Shown piece after piece: positions 1 to 11,304 of a stretch of 38,572 bases of DNA (position 1 is its first letter; each line of letters opens with the position of its first letter). Position numbers and translations under genes: made by a program. Under the pieces are notes generated by a model. The model saw only the letters and a list, made by a program, of their open reading frames with translations, had not been told where the DNA came from and searched no databases. Origin of the DNA: Conidiobolus incongruus B7586 (Eukaryota); NCBI GenBank assembly GCA_000697335.1, contig JNEM01010983.1, positions 1 through 38,572 of the forward strand, given 5' to 3'.

Positions 1-1907
1 AAAATAATATTAAATTTATTAAAATATTTTCTTATTATAATAATAATTAAAAAATAATAATAAAAATTAATTTTGATTTTAATTAATTTTAAAATATCAA
101 ATTTAAAAAAAATAATATCTTTGAATAAAATATTATTTTTATAATTTTTTTATCAAATTTTAAACAATTTTAAAAATTTATAATTGAGTTTATATAATAT
201 CAAAATTTTTAATTTTGAATGTTTATTATTGAGTTTGTATATTATTGAATTTGACTTTATATTTTTAATTAAATAAATTATTTAATCAAAGAATAATTAA
301 TTATATATATAACTTAAGAAAATTAACTAATATAATTGATATATTATTAACTTTTGAAGTTTAATAATATATTTAAAAAATCAAAAATCAAATAAATTAC
401 CATTTAATCTTTTAAATTATTAAATAAAACCTATTTCCTAAATTTATAGATTTTTTTTGATTCATTTAAAATTATGTTACAAAGTTTGATATAATAATTA
501 TTTATCAAATTATGATTTTTTACTATTTAAATTATATAATTAGTTTTAGGTCTTATTTTTAATTATTTATTTTTATTTATATATTATATTTTTTATCATA
601 AATATAAAAATTAATTATCACAAATTAAACCTTTAATTATAAATTAATATTTCACCATAAAGTTCTTTTTTTTAAATTGATATACTTTGTTTGAATTTAA
701 AATATTTAAATATTATATTTTATAAAATATAAAAATATCATTGTTAGGTTAAAATAAATAATAATTATAAAAAGATTAATTTAAAAAATTTAACCATTTA
801 ATATATAATTAATATATATTTGAAATATTAAGGATAGTTCTATAGAAATAGTACTTATATTCCATTCTATATATTAATTATACAAATATATTTATTTTAG
901 TATTTAAAAATTATATCTATTTCTATTTAAAAGTTTATTATCATTGTTTGATCTTTATTTCTAATCATTGTTTTTACGTAAGATTTCATATTATTCCTGT
1001 TACTATTGTATCATTGTTAAATTTATTTATTATTAAATATTAATCTCTAATAGAGCTGTTAGTATTTGATAGAAATTATGGTTAAGAATTTCTTTTCATT
1101 ATATCAAATTTCTGTTATATTTGTTATAATTATAATGACCATATTCCTAATTAAAATAACTTATAAAATCTGAAAGTTATTATTATTTAAAATCAATAGT
1201 ATTAATTTAATATTAATAAATTCCGTAATTAAATATTAGGAATAAAATATAATAATACTACCGTACTTTATTCAATTTATAAAAGATTTTTAAGGATCAT
1301 CATTGTTTTTATAATAACTTAAATTGATATAAAGATTAAAATTAAAAATCATATTTAAAATCACAATTTTAATAATTTTAACAGAAATTGATTGTATAGT
1401 AACTTGTTATTTTCAAAAATTTAATATATATTATAATATATGAAATTCTCTATATATATCAGAACATTATTGAATTCAAAGATCCAGAATTAATTTATTA
1501 TAACGATATCAATCAAAGCACTTAATAAATATATATTATTTGCTAAATAGGAAAGATATCAAGTTGTAATTGATAAGCAAGCATAGTGAAAAAAAAATAT
1601 TCTCTCAAGGCCAATTCTTAAGATTATATTCAAATCGAAATTATATCAAATATAATTGAGAAAGAGAAGATGAATGAATTTTATCAGCCAAAGTGCGGTA
1701 ATTTGATTTTAAAAAAACAATTAATCTAGATATTGTAAATTTACAAGATACAGCATATGTTAATAAAAAATTTATATTTAATATTAAATACAAAACAAGG
1801 TATCAAGAATGTTTTTATAAAAAATTTATTAGAAACTTGGGTCAAATATTCATACAAACGATTGCTCAATAATTTATTAAATATATCCTTGTTGTTTAAT
1901 TAATGGG

Positions 1908-3506
1908 TTAATGACCGCCAGACATTTCAACTTCATCAACTCCATTCAATTCTTCTTCTGTGTAACGATGTGGGTTATTGAGTTTGGAATAGTGTAAGCC
2001 ATATGCGAAATAGATCACCAGACCAATTATGATCCAAATGAAAACACGGAGAATGGTTTGAGGATTGGCAGTACCTACTAGAACAACACAAATAATAGCA
2101 CCAACACCGGAGAGGAAGTAGCCTCCAAGAGGAACTTTGAATCCACGGGGTAAATCGGGGCGTTTATATCTTAAAACACAGACGACCAAATTAACAAAAA
2201 AGAAAGCAACTAATGTGGAGAGACCGCTAAGTTCAGCTAAAATACCGATAGGAAGGACACCAGCAGCAACAACTGTAATTGCTCCTAAAATAATGTTATT
2301 AAACCAAGGGGTACGAGTCTTGGGATGAACCTTGGAGAAAACTTTTGGAAGAAGACCATCACGAGACATTGAGTAGAAAATACGACTTTGGGATAACAGA
2401 CAACCAATGATAGCAGTAGTCATACCTAATACAGCACCGACAATAATCATAACTTCCAACCAAGTTCTTTCAGTAGCCTTAATGGCAACACTAACGGGAT
2501 ATGATACATTGAGTTCCTTATAAGGAACAACTCCGACCATCACTAAACAAACACCAACGTACAAAACAGTACAAATACCGAGAGAAGAAATTAATGAAAG
2601 AGGCAAGTTTCTCTGAGGATTGACACATTCTTGACTAGCATTAGCGATTACTTCAAAACCGGAGTAAGCAAAGAAAGCCATACTAGCACCTTTGAAGACA
2701 CCACCAACTCCCATACCGGGATCATTGGGAACGAAAGGAACCCAGTTAGCAGGATCAACACGATCAACAGTACCAAAAATAAAGAGAAGAATGACTAACA
2801 CTTTAAATACTACCATCGCAGCAGTAAAGTTAGAAGATTCTTGGGTACCAACAATCAAAAAGACAGTACAGAAGATAGCAACAAAAGCTGCAGGGAAATT
2901 AAAATAACCTCCTGTGGAAACAAATGATGTTGTTGGTTCATCCCATTTGATAGGAGAATCAGCCCAAGGTGAGGAGTACTTGGGATGGCCGATGATGATT
3001 CCGATAAGTTGCATCAAGTAACCACTCCAACCGACAGAAACGGCAGCTGCACCAATCAAGAATTCCAAAACTAGTGTCCATCCAACAACCCAGGCAAACG
3101 ATTCGCCCATAGTTGCATATAGATAGGTGTAAGAACTACCTGCAACGGGAATCATTGAAGATAATTCCGCATAGGATAGAGCAGAGAAGAAAGCAGAGAC
3201 AGCGGCTAAAATAAAGGAAAGAATTACACCAGGACCTGCACGCTCTGCAGCAATAATACCAGGTAAAACGTAGATACCAGTACCAATTGTAGTACCTACA
3301 CCTAAACCGATTAAATGCCAAACATTCAGATTTCTCTTCAATTTGTTATTTTTAATTGATTCCAACATATATTCTACATTGGTTGTAGAGAGAGTACAGC
3401 GAAATTTGTACAATAACCAGGATTCACCTGTTCTTCTCATAGTACCCATAGGAGGACGCCCCTGGGCGATTTCAGCGGGATTAGATTTTTTTTCGAAATC
3501 TTCCAT
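1908..3506 (-). CDS. APC-superfamily amino acid permease, cationic amino acid transporter (CAT/SLC7, bacterial YfnA/ApcT-like), 532 aa, intronless
   Basis: Single ORF with ~12-13 hydrophobic segments. Motifs: TM1 LGVGTTIGTGIYVLPG, ALSYAELSSMIPVAGSSYTYLY, TM6 FFAYSGFE, ECVNPQRNLP, SRIFYSMSRDGLLP...VHPKTRTP, and C-terminal LRYKRPDLPRGFKVP and IYFAYG, all typical of CAT-family permeases. Confidence 0.93.
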   Translation of the reverse strand: MEDFEKKSNPAEIAQGRPPMGTMRRTGESWLLYKFRCTLSTTNVEYMLESIKNNKLKRNLNVWHLIGLGVGTTIGTGIYVLPGIIAAERAGPGVILSFILAAVSAFFSALSYAELSSMIPVAGSSYTYLYATMGESFAWVVGWTLVLEFLIGAAAVSVGWSGYLMQLIGIIIGHPKYSSPWADSPIKWDEPTTSFVSTGGYFNFPAAFVAIFCTVFLIVGTQESSNFTAAMVVFKVLVILLFIFGTVDRVDPANWVPFVPNDPGMGVGGVFKGASMAFFAYSGFEVIANASQECVNPQRNLPLSLISSLGICTVLYVGVCLVMVGVVPYKELNVSYPVSVAIKATERTWLEVMIIVGAVLGMTTAIIGCLLSQSRIFYSMSRDGLLPKVFSKVHPKTRTPWFNNIILGAITVVAAGVLPIGILAELSGLSTLVAFFFVNLVVCVLRYKRPDLPRGFKVPLGGYFLSGVGAIICVVLVGTANPQTILRVFIWIIIGLVIYFAYGLHYSKLNNPHRYTEEELNGVDEVEMSGGH

Positions 3507-6500
3507 ATTAAAAAGATTGATTATAAAAATTATAGCTTAATAGTAATGAAATTTGAAGATGAATAGTTTATATATAATGTAGAATCTTAGTGTATCATTT
3601 TTTCATCAATTTAAGTTTTATTGAGGCGTGACTAGATCAATCAGGTGGGTTATGATTAACAAATTAGGAGGAGAGGAGATAATACATTGATAGAAGGAAT
3701 TTTAAGTATTGAAGAGAAATCCTCAAATTTTGAAAATGACCTCGAAATGTACCTATTACATATATTCATCATTAAACCAGATAATGTAAATTAGTAAAAT
3801 ATGATATCAAGTGGATTGATTTGTCAAATTTAAGGGTCTAAAAATATGGTAGAGTTATACTGTTATGACTAGTCATATGATTAATTTGATTTTGATAAAA
3901 TAAATTTTGGCATTAAAAGAAATTGTTCATTACCCTCACTTTATCATATGTTTCAAACACTCTGAATAAAGATCTACTTAAGTTGATTATTATTATTATT
4001 ATTTGATTAATTCTTATATATTAATAGAGAGTAACCTTTAAAGAATAGCATTTCAAATTATTGTACAATAACTACATATAGTTCAAAATAAATGTAGGAG
4101 TATAAAATACAAGTTCAATCAATGCCAATTCATATAATACCTCAATTTCATAATGAATGAAAGTTAATATAACTTTCTCCATTAGGTTAAATGTTCCAAT
4201 TAATTGAATAGATCTTTCTATCAATGTCTATATATATCATATGAGCGTCATTTGTTAATATTGGGAATTAAATTTAGATTTAATAATTGATTGTATAATT
4301 CGAAATATATATTATTTATAATAATCAACAAACATTAAAAACTATGGTTTTTTAATTATATATTTTATTAATATTCAATTTAATAAACTTGATCATTGAT
4401 AATAAATAGCTCTTTTATACTATATATTAATTATTAGCTTATCCATTAAGCGATTTTCAATTGCTTAATCAAGACATTTCAAACTAAAATTGATCACATT
4501 GCTAATAAAAAGTAATATTACTTTATACTGTATCGAATTCAAAAAATTACTCGTTTAGAATTCAAATTTTATAAAAAAATTGATTTATATAGGTATATTG
4601 AAAAAGTTAGTTAAATTGAAGATTTATCCATATTTTTATTTAATTATATTAAATTATAATTGGTTAATAATTAAATTTTTAATTTGTATTGAAAATAAAT
4701 TCTGGGTTTTGTATTTCATATTTTCAATGTAACTGATGTTTACTTTTATACCTGATTTTATTTAGATTGATTTAAAGAATTGTATACATATCTATTTATA
4801 TAGATAAAATATAAAATATTATTCATGTTAATTGAGGGAATCACATTTTCATTATAGTCATACATATAAAATATTCAAGCTAAATTAGACAATATACAGT
4901 CAAAATGATGATACATCATCGTTGTAATGATTTCATTTAGTAGAAAGTAATATGAATAGCTGAAAAAAATGATACTTGTATCTCATTATAAGGTGCAATG
5001 CAATTATTTTGGGATTGATATAAAAATTTTGCAATTGAATAGTTATTCCAAGGAATTGTAGTTTAAGGAAATTTCTATTTGAAAAAAATTATTTCTGCAT
5101 AAATTTGCTGCGTATTAATATATATCTATATTAAAGGGAAGAATCGCTCAATTTGACTAAATGAAAACAATTTTTGTAATAATAATCCTTAGTAAAGATG
5201 AAAAACGATAATCGCATGATTTATTCTACAAAAAAAGCTCTTTAAGTTATTGAAATAGAATAATTTCTAGTTGAATTTTCTTAAGTCATTAATAAAATAA
5301 TTAAAATGGGGTTTTAGTAAATTTAGCTAATATTATTTAATCATTATTTCCTAACCGATTATTATTATTATTATACTTTACAAATTTATATCAACCTATA
5401 GATATATTTATTATTATTGTTGCCTATAGTATACAATGGATAATATTTTTATTTCATTTTTTATTATTTTAATTTTGCATAATATCTAAAATCTAAATCA
5501 CAATTTTATTCAGAATTGGATTATTCAAATAAATATAAATCCATTATATTTCTAACAGATATAATGATAATTATAGTTTCAGCTTGAATCTTCATAAAAT
5601 CACATCAATTGATTATGACTATTAGACCAACTTGAGAATTGTTAAAGAAATTAAATGATTCAATAATGAATCATATGTCAAAGATAACTTCCAAATTTAG
5701 TATTAGATTAGATTTTATAGAATAATCCGAAAGAAAACTAAACTTTGAGGTTTGAATAAGAAAATTGATGTAACTTTATTAGGCCTAGATTTTGCCAATA
5801 TACTAACAGAAAATATCCCAAATTTCAACAGATTGCATGAAATAACATGGAATATGAATAAATGGAGTAATTTTTTAATAACGTTTGTTAATATATGAAT
5901 ATATTTTAACAATATCAATCTCTCATTATTTTTGCTTATTTTCTCACAGATTAGATCTAAAACACCTGATCTATTTCGTATGGAACAATTTAGAAAATAG
6001 AAATCATAAAGGGTAAATTGAGGATACTGTAAATTCAGAGATTTATATTCTTTAGAATCAAACTTGAACTTGTAATAAACATTCTATATCTTAAAAAATG
6101 CAGCTATATCTTTATTAGCAATACTTTAAATCATCTGAAATTTTGTATATAGAGGGAAAATAGAATAGTATTTATATTGACATTAAAGTCCATGAATCAA
6201 TAAAAAATTAATAGATTTGATAAATTAAAATAAATAGTCATGAGAGCAAATTGTACGAAAGTAAAAATTAAATATGAAATTAATCTTTTATTAAATTGAA
6301 TAATTTAAAACAGTTAAAATTATTACATTTGGTTTGAAAGATAGATTTTTGAAACTGTAAAAATAAATATATTGTTAGTTTATTCTTGATCCTTTCAAAA
6401 TATGATCTTATAATTTGACAACATAATAAAATGGTCAATTTATATGATAATTTGAACCAATAGCATTTAATCTTTCAAAATTAAATATATACAAAATAAT

Positions 6501-7326
6501 TAAAATAAAAAACATATATGCCTGATATAAAAAACAAACTTTCCATATTTATTAAAACAAGAATAAGATATTATTGTAGCCCCGAAAAGTAGAATAAGAA
6601 ATAATTGAGGTATTCAATTAAAATCATGATTATTTGAATGATGATCTAAATAGAATAATTAGATTGAGTATACCTCATTTTACTATCAACATAAAATTTA
6701 AATGTTGAGTTAGTGAGGATACAATCAAAATAATTGTAATGAAACAAGAAACCGTATTTTATATTTTTGATGAATTATTTATTATTTGTTATTCATCTCT
6801 ATAATCATTTGATAAAATGAATATTACATAATATTTTGCGAATAATCGTTGAAATCAAGTGATATAATGTACTATTCATATCAATTAGTGGTGAATCGTG
6901 GTTTATTAATGTTCCTATTAAATTTATAATTTTGATAGGAATGATATTATAATTGATACTAATCAGTATATGGTATGACAAATAATCACATATGCAAGAA
7001 ATAGTTATAATTTTGGTGTATTATATATTCATTTATAATAAATTGAATTTAATATCAACATTATCAGTAATGATAATTTTTCTCATCAGGAAGTCAAGTC
7101 ATAAATTTAAAACTCTTGAAAATAACAGTGACAAAATTATGGGATAAATCTTTCTTTAAACCCATAAATTCTTTACCATTTAAACGAAATTACATATGTA
7201 ATGCTTTATATTACAATAGAAATTACTTCTTTAAATGTATTTATTTATAATGAATAAAATTAGGATTATCAGATACTTAAAAAATTCTTGAAAATATAAT
7301 TATTTATATAATATTAAAAAGATTAG

Positions 7327-9141
7327 AATTATCGACACCAACGATATTTATCACTATTTCGTAAATCACTAATTAGAATCAATAACTTGATTTCAACCAA
7401 GTTAAATTATTCCACACAGTCAAATGCTTCCAGTGTTGCTGATATTGAACAAAGACGAAATAGTCGGGTCGGACACTTCAACTCTGAACTAACAGTTCAA
7501 ATATTACTCAACTACCAAGCCTAAAAACAACTATTTAAAAATCTTATACAAGATAGGAGCTCAGCAAAATTTATTAGGCTCCAAAACTTGCTACTATTTG
7601 ATAGTTGGTGAACTAAGTTTAAGCCAGGGTACTTTGAACAACTATTTGAATTATTATAATGAGTGTATTGAAAATACCTAAAGCCAATTAAACAGATGTA
7701 CGATATTATGTTGCAACTCTGTTTGAAACACAAACAATATCATCAGTTAAATATGATCCAAAGTGAGTTGGGGAAGTACGAAATAGATATTGATATTCAG
7801 ATTATGAATGGTTTATTACAATGTTATTATCATTACGATCAGCCTATTGAAAAGATTAATACCTTGCTCCAATATATTGAATCCAATCAGATTGTACCCA
7901 ATTTGACTACTTTTGAATTGTTGGCGGACGCTTATGTGAAATATAACCAAGTCCATTTTGGTTACACCCTCGTGGAAAAGATGATTACTGGGTACAAAAT
8001 AGAACCTTCAGCCGAAATGATTGCTAGACTCAATTTAGATCCTCAGCAAATCTTAGATTTAATAACTCAATCTGGTCTCAGCCCAAGCTTGGACTACTTT
8101 AATGATTGTATCAATTTGAAGATTAAATCCAATTTATTCCGATAAGCCTTTGGCTGAGCTCAGCATCTCGTCCAATACAGCCACAAACCTAATACTATTA
8201 CTTATACTCTTTTACCCGACGCTTTGGTCAAAGGAGAACGTATCGAGAAGGCATTTGAACTATTTGAAGAGATAAAGGCGTTGGAATTGTCCTTGGATCA
8301 GCGAGCTTTTCCTTATTTTAATTGAAGGATCTAACTGTAAGTGAGATTTCCAAGGAGCAATGGAACTATTTGATCAAATGATCAAAAATCACGGAATCCA
8401 ACCTAATCAACAAATTATTGGGCTACTGTTCTAAATATAAAGCTTTAACTTCAGCTGGTAAAATCCGTAACCTAATGAAGGAATATGATTGTCCTTTGGA
8501 CACGCGAGGTTACAACTGTTTATTTACCTTATATTTGAATACCAACCAAAACAATCAATGCTGGATGTTGTATAAGCAATTAAAATAGGATCGAGTTCAA
8601 TTTGACTGGGTGACTTATTCGCTATTACTCGAGATCACAAGTCGAGAAATGAATACCAATCGAATGATGCGAATTTACGATGTTATGATTCAAAATGAGA
8701 TCTACCCCACTGTCAATCAATTCGAGGTTATTTTGAAACAATTGTTCAGTCAAAATGATATCGATGAAGTTTTAATCGTTTGGTCCAAGTTCGTTAGCCT
8801 TAAATTTGTCCCCACGCAGAACATCATGAATGTGATCTTGAACTATTGTCGCACTTAAAAAAATCGAAATTATCAAATTAAGCTTCCAGCATTTGAAATC
8901 CTGATTAAAGAATGGTCACTTGTTGAATTTTGAAGTGAATAATTGGACACTACTTATGGATCAATATTTGGGAGTGAATGATTATAGAGGATTTGAAGTT
9001 TACTATTCGGTAGTAGACCAATTGAAAATCCGATTAGATAAAGAAATTTTGTAGGAATGGATAAAAGCTTTACCTCAAGATTGTAATATTGCCTTCAGAT
9101 TGAGAGTTGATTTAGAAAATAATCGATGTTTAAATAAATGA
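7327..9141 (+). pseudogene. Pentatricopeptide repeat (PPR) protein pseudogene, probably formerly mitochondrial
   Basis: PPR-like ~35-aa units: IQIMNGLLQCY, IVPNLTTFELLADAYVK, KPNTITYTLLPDALVKGERIEKAFELFEEIK, AMELFDQMIKNHGIQPN, VTYSLLLEI...IYPTVNQFEVIL. In-frame stops at 7522, 7609, 7657, 7660, 7669, 8143, 8155 and later, plus a frameshift near 8310-8320. The N-terminus is R/S/L-rich and lacks acidic residues (presequence-like), but has no ATG. Confidence 0.85.
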
Positions 9142-9216
9142 ATATAGATTAGATTAGATTAGATTAAAATTCATGAATACATACATTTATTGAAAATATA
9201 TAATATAGTAAGCATT

Positions 9217-9747
9217 TTATTGAGTTTCGGTAACGGGTGAAATGAGAGTAATATTATCTCCTTTGAGTAATATTCTACCTGTAAAAAATAGAACATATAT
9301 AATTAGTAAATTATAGTTTGAATAGGAAATTTAAATATTTACCTATTTGAGTAATTTTAGGCTCTGAATCTTTTTTATATCTGATTTCAACAGCTTTATC
9401 TAATACTAAATTCATGAATTCGTCGAAACCCTAAGAAAATAAAAATTAATAAAAATGAAACATTTCGTAATAATTCTAAAATTAAGTAATTACCAAAATT
9501 TGGCCTTCGATATGACAGTTGACTTGGTCATAAATCCAAATAGAAACTCTCTTTTGCTATATAATATTTGAAAGTTAGTATTAATGAAAATGTATTGTAA
9601 TTGAAAAAAAAAACTTACACTTTGGAAATACTTGAAAATCAAATTCTAAATCAAAATAATATTATTAATAATTGCTCAACGAACAAAATTAAAAAGCTAA
9701 CTTACAATGGGTTGAACCATAATTTTTTGTACTTTAGTTGTATTCAT
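9217..9747 (-). CDS. SME1: Small nuclear ribonucleoprotein E (SmE), 93 aa, 5 exons: 9747-9706, 9645-9619, 9556-9494, 9430-9343, 9278-9217
   Basis: Manual splicing at GT-AG sites gives [93 protein letters not shown]. This has the SmE signatures [20 protein letters not shown] and [13 protein letters not shown]. It is absent from the ORF track because the exons are short. Confidence 0.96.
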
Positions 9748-9982
9748 TTTTGGTAATTTTTTTTATAAATTTATATTTATTAAATTTTAAATTACTTGAT
9801 GAATATATTTTTTTTTTGTTTTAGTTATACAATTAGGAAATTATAATTCAAAATTTTACAGATTTATTATTATGGGATTTTAATTGAATTTGGATAATTC
9901 TTTTTGATTTATATATGATGTCATGTAAATGACTTGCTTTTAATTTTTACATTTATTGAATTTAAATATAAATTATTTAACA

Positions 9983-11272
9983 ATGACAGAAATTGGCATA
10001 AATAAAAATTATACAATCAAAATTACTTTTAATTGAATTATATATATGTATTTCCTCCTTTGTGCAATACTGAATATGCTGCTAAAAATTTGAATAGCTT
10101 GGTGCTAATTGATGCTACCTGGTATTTACTAAGTGCTAATAGGGATCGATTTTTGGAATTACAAAAGATTAGATTACCTATGACTTAAATCATATATAGC
10201 TCATTATTTTTATTAAAAAAAATACTAAATGATCATTATTCCTTCTAATTTAGAACAGTCGATTTTTTATCTATTTTGGAATTAAGTGAAGAGACCAATT
10301 TACCCAATATGTTACCTTCAGCTCAAACATTCTCATATTACATGGATATTATAATATTTGTCAAATATTGTATTATATGATCAACATGGCATTTTTTTAA
10401 GCACCTAGGGTTTTTTGAATGTTGAAGGTCATAATTGAAATTACAATTATTACTCGCTTTATTAAGGGTTTATAATTAGATGTTCAATCATGCTAAAGTA
10501 TCAATTATGAATGGTGGCTTACCTAAATGGTTGAATGAAGGTAGATCTATTGTTGAAATGGAAACCATCTCCAAGCCTTGAATAATTTCAAAATTGTAAT
10601 ACTTATTATTTTTACGATTTGAATTTTATAGCTGTATTATAAATGTCTTGTACAGGTTATTTGATAATTTATATATTTAACTATTCTTATATATTAATTA
10701 ATACAATTTCTAGGTGGAATATTCTCTACCTTCTTTAAACCATAATTTGATCGTTGATTATAATACAATATTGAATTTTTTTCGTGAAACTAGCGATGAA
10801 GTACAAATCATTTATGCTAGGCCCATTCCACTGTAATTAAATTATTCAATCTCATCTTATCCTTAATTATAATTTTATCTAATTTTGAAATTTATAAATA
10901 GATATCAATCGGGGCATATTCTTAAGACCACCAATCTTAGCTTTGATAAAATATTAACTTTAAATAGCAGTTACAAACAATATAAATTGAGGGAAGAAGT
11001 TTAATCCATTATCAAAAACTTGGATCTGAATTTAAATAGATCTTTGATTAGTTATTGTGGTAATTATTTTATTATTTATATTAGATGTAATTATGTTAGC
11101 TTAACAGCATATCCTAATGTTTAGTTATTGCAATATCTACTTTTGTTTTCATTGCAGTGAAACATATCAGTTAATTTGATATTGACCAAATCGACCTTGT
11201 TAAAGCTACTTCTAATTCGAATAATAAGATGTATGATAGATCTTGAGCTGAATATAGTTCTAGACCTGAAAG

Positions 11273-11275
<3 letters not shown>
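9983..11275 (+). pseudogene. TUM1: Tandem-rhodanese 3-mercaptopyruvate/thiosulfate sulfurtransferase (TUM1/MPST-like) pseudogene retaining introns
   Basis: Exon remnants translate to LVLIDATWYLLSANRD, TNLPNMLPSAQTF, IVLYDQHGIF*APRVF*MLK, MFNHAKVSIMNGGLPKWLNEGR, VQIIYARP, SGHIL, SLISYCG and MYDRS*AEYSSRPE. These correspond to the family motifs DATW, PHMLP, SAPRxWW, DAR, SGHIP, active-site CG and YDGSWxE. There are multiple stops, frameshifts and degraded splice sites. Confidence 0.85.

Positions 11276-11303
<28 letters not shown>
11274..11303 (+). repeat. (ATT)10 microsatellite at the 3' end of the rhodanese pseudogene
   Basis: Direct read of the attattatt... tract. Confidence 0.9.

Positions 11304-11304
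<1 letters not shown>

Noticed and set aside
2137..3540. Short ORFs overlapping the permease (2137-2328, 2692-2907, 3136-3321, 3343-3540)
   Set aside because: Antisense or alternate-frame shadows of a real CDS, with no recognisable motifs.
4905..4963. ATGATGA...CTGA resembling a box C/D snoRNA
   Set aside because: Only ~59 nt long, with no terminal stem and no recognisable rRNA-complementary guide.
10400..11250. TGA at two conserved Trp positions of the rhodanese gene, suggesting UGA=Trp recoding or selenocysteine
   Set aside because: Other Trp codons in the same gene are TGG. TAA stops, frameshifts and broken splice sites are also present, and an intact neighbour (B56) uses TGA as stop. 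Simple pseudogenisation explains it.
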